DNA from: Eubacteriales bacterium
GTDB taxonomy: Bacteria; Bacillota; Clostridia; Oscillospirales; CAG-272
NCBI GenBank assembly: GCA_045605175.1
Contig: JAZUPL010000059.1
Span: forward strand, 1-52,240
Direction of reading: 5' to 3'
Length of the DNA stretch: 52,240 nucleotides
The first letter of the stretch is position 1. Each line of letters opens with the position of its first letter. Under the pieces are notes generated by a model. The model worked only from the letters and a program-made list of their open reading frames with translations, did no database searches and had not been told where the DNA came from. Positions 47,643-52,240 of this stretch are shown piece after piece. The translations under genes were made by a program, and so were the position numbers.

Positions 47643-49030
47643 TGCGTCAGGGAGTAATTTGTGCTATCTCAACCCCACCCGGCAAGGGTGGGGTTGCGGT
47701 TATCCGTATGTGCGGGGAGGGTTCTTTTGACATTATTGGAGAGGTTTTCTTACCCCTGTCAGGTAAAGCGCCCACCGACTACCCACCGAGGACACAGATA
47801 TACGGATATATCGTCGATGGCGAGGAACGAATAGACGACGCCCTTGTGACGCTCTTCCCCTCTCCAAACTCATACACAGGAGAGGAAACGGTGGAGATAA
47901 GTTGTCACGGTGGCTTGCTTGTAACAAGAACCGTACTGGAATGTCTGATTACACACGGTGCGCTCTATGCCGAGGCGGGAGAATTTACAAGACGTGCTTT
48001 TATAAACGGAAAGTTGAGCCTTTCTGAAGCAGAGGCAATAGGTACTCTGCTTGAAGCGAAGAGTAGAGAGCAATTGCGCCTCTCTTCCCGTCCGTCACGA
48101 GAACGCCTCTCGAACAGAATAGCCTCTATCAGAGCATCGCTCACCGAACTTATGGGCTCTATCTATGCAAGAATAGACTACCCCGAGGAGGACCTCGGCG
48201 AGTTTAGTGACGGCGAAACACTGAAAGAACTTAATAGAATTTATGCCGATCTCTCTTCCTTGATAGATACCTATCGAACGGGAAGAGTTATAAACGAGGG
48301 AATTTCCACGGTAATTTGCGGCAAACCAAATGTGGGAAAAAGTTCGCTGTATAATCTTTTAACAGGCGAGGATAGTGCCATAGTAACCGAAATAGAGGGT
48401 ACGACACGCGACCTGCTTGAAAAATCGGTGCCTCTTGGCAGAGTTATGCTTAACCTTACCGATACCGCAGGAATAAGGGACGGCGAGGACCTCGACAAGG
48501 TCGAAAGAATAGGAATTTCTCGCTCTCGCGAGCGTATCGTCGAGGCAGATCTTGTGCTTGCCGTATTTGACCTCTCACGAGATGTTGACGAAAAAGACAG
48601 GGAACTGATTACCCTATTAGACACGATAAATGCAACTAAAATATGTATTCTCAACAAGGCCGATGCCAAATGCGGCGGGGGTTTTGATGAGGTGACGGCA
48701 CACTTTGAGCATACCGTCACACTCTCGACAGAGGGGGATAGTGATGGGGCTATTTCTACCCTTTCAAGCCTGATAGACCGTCTTTTCACCGACGAGATGA
48801 TAAGCACGGGGAGGGATGCTATTGTATCCTCTGCACGCCAACATTCTTCGCTTTGCTCGGCGCGTGGCTATATTCTCTCGGCGATAAAGGCATACGAAAG
48901 TGGCCTCCCTGCCGATTGTGCATCCTCTGACATAGAACTTGCCATTGGGGCTATCGGCGAACTTGATGGCCGTGGCGTCAGCGAGAGCGTAGTCAGTGAC
49001 ATCTTCTCCCGTTTTTGCGTAGGCAAGTAA
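47642..49030 (+). CDS. mnmE: tRNA modification GTPase MnmE
   Basis: AISTPPG.GGVAVIR, GEFTRRAF.NG, GKPNVGKSS, GTTRD, DTAG, NKAD and FCVGK. Confidence 0.97.
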   Translation: MRQGVICAISTPPGKGGVAVIRMCGEGSFDIIGEVFLPLSGKAPTDYPPRTQIYGYIVDGEERIDDALVTLFPSPNSYTGEETVEISCHGGLLVTRTVLECLITHGALYAEAGEFTRRAFINGKLSLSEAEAIGTLLEAKSREQLRLSSRPSRERLSNRIASIRASLTELMGSIYARIDYPEEDLGEFSDGETLKELNRIYADLSSLIDTYRTGRVINEGISTVICGKPNVGKSSLYNLLTGEDSAIVTEIEGTTRDLLEKSVPLGRVMLNLTDTAGIRDGEDLDKVERIGISRSRERIVEADLVLAVFDLSRDVDEKDRELITLLDTINATKICILNKADAKCGGGFDEVTAHFEHTVTLSTEGDSDGAISTLSSLIDRLFTDEMISTGRDAIVSSARQHSSLCSARGYILSAIKAYESGLPADCASSDIELAIGAIGELDGRGVSESVVSDIFSRFCVGK

Positions 49031-49033
49031 TCT

Positions 49034-49203
49034 GCCCTTATCGGCTCTTGGCGGGAAGGTCATTATCCTGCTCGCGTCGCGAGGTAGGAGTGTGCGTGTA
49101 TTTGCTCTATCCATTATACACCAAAGATAAGCGAAACTCCCACGGCTCGCATCCCCTCGCAAACCATCCCCAGAGCAATTCCGCAAAGCAGGAGCAACAG
49201 GGC
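49034..49203. ncRNA. Unassigned structured intergenic element of about 170 nt
   Basis: Nested complementary segments GCCCT/AGGGC, GCTC/GAGC, GCGGGA/TTCCGC, GCGAG/CTCGC, GGAGT/ACTCC and GTGTAT/ATACAC. Confidence 0.3.
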
Positions 49204-49283
49204 TCCAATTATTCTGTTTATCATCATTCACCTCCGTTATTATTCTGCACGAATATGAGAATTTAATACGGAAAAGGAGACTT

Positions 49284-49613
49284 ATGGAAAACAAAAGATT
49301 TACAAAAAACGACAACGGCTTTACCTGTCTTGCCTGTGGCAGGGAGGTTTTGCCCTTGGGCTATACCTCGCGAAACCACTGCCCCTTTTGCCTATGCTCA
49401 CTTCATGTGGATATTAACCCGGGTGACAGGGCAAACCCCTGCGGGGGAATTCTACGACCGATAAAGGCAGAGCCGGACGCAAAAAAAGGCTATGTCATTA
49501 TCCACAGATGTGAAAGATGCGGAGAAATAGTCCGCAACAAGGCTGCCCACGAGGCAAAGGTGCAACCCGATGACACCGACCTGATTATTCGCCTGACCGC
49601 AGGGGAATATTGA
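49284..49613 (+). CDS. RNHCP domain zinc-binding protein
   Basis: F.C..CG, RNHCPFCLCSLHVD..PGDR and HRCERCG. Confidence 0.9.
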   Translation: MENKRFTKNDNGFTCLACGREVLPLGYTSRNHCPFCLCSLHVDINPGDRANPCGGILRPIKAEPDAKKGYVIIHRCERCGEIVRNKAAHEAKVQPDDTDLIIRLTAGEY

Positions 49614-49787
49614 AGAATACAAAAGTATTTGAAAAGAAGCGAAGGCGTTTTGAAAAACTAATATTTTTAGAAGATGCAATAAACAAAAAGCCGAATGCTT
49701 ATTGAATTTAATAAAATGCGAAAAGCGAATCCTTTCCAAAACACGGCAAGGTTTCGCTTTTCTTTTTCTCTATGTAAGGCTATGTGA

Positions 49788-50468
49788 TTACCTGTTTGCA
49801 AGCAAAATCAGGGCGAGGACGGCAAGCAGTACCGAAATACCGCCTATTATAAGGGCGGGAATGGTTGAGCCGCTCTTCTTTACTGAATCGGTAGCGTCCT
49901 GCGTTGGCACTGAGGACGGTGCAATAAGATGTGCCGCACGCATAGCACGGACTATGGGTTTGTAAAGGAGAAGCACAGCGCCGCCGTTAAACAGGCACTT
50001 TGCAAAATTAAAAGGTAGGAGCAATACAGGAATTAGGGTAATAACATATTCGCTTGTCGCACCTGTATAAAGAGGGGTAATCAATATATTCAGAGGCATC
50101 ATAATAGCCGTAACCGCTAACACTGCAGAATAGATGCCAATAATTGCAAATTTAAAGTTCTTTTTTCTAAAATAGATAAACGAGGCGATAAAGGCAAAGG
50201 CCGCCGAGGAAGCAAAGTCCATAATAAATCCCCAAAACAGCGTCCCACTATACAACAGACTAAATAGAGAGGATATAAGCGACATTAATATGCCCGCCAC
50301 AGGCCCATAAATAAACGAGCCGAGAATAATAACTATATCTCCCGCATCAAGCGAAAGAAAGCCAACCTTAATAAAGGATGTAAGAAAACTGATAACTATT
50401 GCCAAGGCGGCAAAGATGCCTATGCCCACAAGACGCATAAGCGAAAAGTTAGTTCTTTTGTTATTCAT
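49788..50468 (-). CDS. ribU: ECF transporter S component, riboflavin-specific (RibU)
   Basis: FLSLDAGD, YGPVAG and LLPFNFAK; lies downstream of an FMN riboswitch. Confidence 0.85.
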   Translation of the reverse strand: MNNKRTNFSLMRLVGIGIFAALAIVISFLTSFIKVGFLSLDAGDIVIILGSFIYGPVAGILMSLISSLFSLLYSGTLFWGFIMDFASSAAFAFIASFIYFRKKNFKFAIIGIYSAVLAVTAIMMPLNILITPLYTGATSEYVITLIPVLLLPFNFAKCLFNGGAVLLLYKPIVRAMRAAHLIAPSSVPTQDATDSVKKSGSTIPALIIGGISVLLAVLALILLANR

Positions 50469-50573
50469 CTTAATATACTCTTTTCTTATTTAATAAAAAA
50501 ACTCATAAAGCCACCGCTCTATGAGGAAAAGAGAAAAAATAAACAGATAGTCCCTTCGGACTATTTGTAAACC

Positions 50574-50695
50574 TCTTTTTTCATCCGGACTGTAACCGTC
50601 GGTCGAGGATTTGCACCTCGTCAGGAGTCTAAGCTCCTCGCAGACTTGCCAAAGGCTCACTGCCGATATGGAATTTCACCATTCCCCAAAGAAAA
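50574..50695 (-). promoter_or_regulatory. FMN riboswitch (RFN element)
   Basis: Minus strand reads TCTTTGGGGAATGGTGAAATTCCATATCGGCAGT...AGTCTGCGA...TGACGAGGTGCAAATCCTCGACCGACGGTTACAGTCCGGATGAAAAAAGAG. Confidence 0.92.
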
Positions 50696-50790
50696 TTTAC
50701 GTTTTTTCTATTTGGTTTTACGTTAAAAACAAAACAAGTGCCTACCCGTGTCAAAAAAACGAGTAATATGCTTGAATTTTGGTTTTTATT

Positions 50791-50822
50791 AAAACTTCCC
50801 GACACCCGAAGGTGTCGGGAAG
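50791..50822 (-). terminator. tuf terminator
   Basis: CTTCCCGACACC-TTCG-GGTGTCGGGAAG followed by TTTT on the minus strand. Confidence 0.88.
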
Positions 50823-50855
50823 GATTGTGTTATCTAAAAGATAAACGAATCTGAA

Positions 50856-52055
50856 TTATTCGAAGATCTCACCAACAACGCCCGAGCCAACGGTACGGCC
50901 ACCCTCACGGATAGCGAAACGAAGACCCTTCTCGCAAGCGATAGGAGTGATGAGTTCAACATTCATGTTAACGTTATCGCCGGGACGGCACATATCAACA
51001 TCCTCAGGAAGGTTGATGATACCGGTAACGTCGGTAGTTCTGAAGTAGAACTGAGGTCTATAACCAGAGAAGAAGGGCTTGGAACGGCCACCCTCTTTTT
51101 CGGTAAGAACGTAAACCTGACCCATGAACTTGGTGTGAGGCTGAACAGAACCGGGCTTGCAAAGAACCTGACCTCTTTCGATCTCGTTCTTCTGAACACC
51201 ACGGAGAAGAAGACCAACGTTATCACCAGCCTCAGCCATGTCCATCATCTTGTGGAACATCTCGATACCGGTTACAACGGTGGAAGAAGCTTCTTCCTTA
51301 AGACCAACGATCTCAACAACGTCAGCCATCTTGATGGTACCTCTCTCAACTCTACCGGTAGCAACAGTACCACGGCCGGAGATGGAGAATACGTCCTCTA
51401 CAGGCATAAGGGAGGGAAGGTCAGCCTTTCTGTCGGGAGTGGGGATGTAGGAGTCAACTGCATCCATAAGCTCCTTGATGCAAGCGAACTCGGGAGCGTC
51501 AAGACCGTTGTTGGAGGTAAGAGCCTCACGAGCGGAACCACGGATGATCGGAATGTCATCGCCGGGGAACTCGTACTCGTTAAGGAGGTCACGGATCTCC
51601 ATCTCAACGAGGTCAAGGAGCTCTTCATCGTCAACGATATCGCACTTGTTCATGAATACAACGAGTGCAGGAACGCCTACCTGACGAGCAAGAAGAACGT
51701 GCTCTCTGGTCTGTGCAAGAGGGCCGTCAGTACCTGCAACAACGAGGATAGCGCCGTCCATCTGAGCAGCACCGGTGATCATGTTCTTAACGTAGTCAGC
51801 GTGGCCGGGGCAGTCAACGTGAGCATAGTGACGAGCGTCAGTTTCATACTCAACGTGTCTGGAGTTGATTGTGATACCACGAGCTCTCTCCTCGGGGCAG
51901 TTGTCGATCTGGCTGTAATCAAGGAACTCAGAACCGTGTGCAAGAGAAAGGGTCTTAGTGATTGCAGCAGTAAGGGTGGTCTTACCGTGGTCAACGTGAC
52001 CGATGGTACCAATGTTAACGTGGGGTTTGGTTTTTTCAAACTTAGCCTTTGCCAT
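50856..52055 (-). CDS. tuf: Elongation factor Tu
   Basis: [28 protein letters not shown] and [11 protein letters not shown]. Confidence 0.99.
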   Translation of the reverse strand: MAKAKFEKTKPHVNIGTIGHVDHGKTTLTAAITKTLSLAHGSEFLDYSQIDNCPEERARGITINSRHVEYETDARHYAHVDCPGHADYVKNMITGAAQMDGAILVVAGTDGPLAQTREHVLLARQVGVPALVVFMNKCDIVDDEELLDLVEMEIRDLLNEYEFPGDDIPIIRGSAREALTSNNGLDAPEFACIKELMDAVDSYIPTPDRKADLPSLMPVEDVFSISGRGTVATGRVERGTIKMADVVEIVGLKEEASSTVVTGIEMFHKMMDMAEAGDNVGLLLRGVQKNEIERGQVLCKPGSVQPHTKFMGQVYVLTEKEGGRSKPFFSGYRPQFYFRTTDVTGIINLPEDVDMCRPGDNVNMNVELITPIACEKGLRFAIREGGRTVGSGVVGEIFE

Positions 52056-52140
52056 TTTAGTAAATCTCCTTAATTAAATATTTTTTTAATTTTGTTTTTG
52101 GTTTATCTAATCGGCTTTGCCGGTCAGAAACTTTAAAGTC

Positions 52141-52237
52141 TGCAAAGCTCTGTTTGAGCCAAGCAGATTTATGCGAGAAGCGTCAGTCGCGCCCCGCCGA
52201 CGTAGTTGCCTACGACAAGCGGAAGCGAGCGACGGTA
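52141..52237 (-). repeat. Structured palindromic repeat, copy 2
   Basis: CGTAG-GCAA-CTACG hairpin on the minus strand; diverged match to 161-257; may extend beyond the window edge. Confidence 0.5.
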
Positions 52238-52240
52238 AAA

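Noticed and set aside
51135-52073. 312-aa plus-strand ORF
   Set aside because: Antisense shadow of tuf.
1-52240. CRISPR arrays, tRNA/rRNA genes, transposases, reverse transcriptase or DGR
   Set aside because: No regularly spaced repeats, cloverleaf/rRNA signatures, or DDE/RT motifs were seen.

Overview
This window is chromosomal DNA from a Clostridia-like Firmicute (inferred from sigmaA promoters, yggS-sepF-yggT-lspA-rluD, mrnC, alpha2-type glyQS and an FMN riboswitch-ribU unit). Most of it is housekeeping: pcrA, ygiQ, hisS, an amino-acid ABC transporter, an ABC-F ATPase, a DinG/Rad3 helicase, hpt-mtaB-glyQS-luxS-mtnN, rpmH-rnpA-yidD-yidC-jag-mnmE and tuf. The main finding is a compact, intact, single-direction cluster of 14 genes (24476-36895, about 12.4 kb). 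It encodes small and large terminase, portal, scaffold, major capsid, adaptor and a podovirus-like nozzle carrying a BspA-type LRR insert, then ends in three membrane proteins. It has no recognisable integrase, repressor, replication gene, tape measure or endolysin, and it sits between core genes with a terminator on each side. This fits a domesticated, gene-transfer-agent-like particle system better than a normal prophage (inference). Its capsid gene is bracketed by a perfect 15-bp inverted repeat. Other points of note: an MBOAT operon with two SGNH-like/BspA-LRR fusion proteins, a DnaA-box-like cluster upstream of pcrA while rpmH lacks its usual dnaA neighbour, a structured repeat present at both window ends, and an unexplained structured 170-nt segment after mnmE. 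All assignments come from motif reading; no database searches were run.
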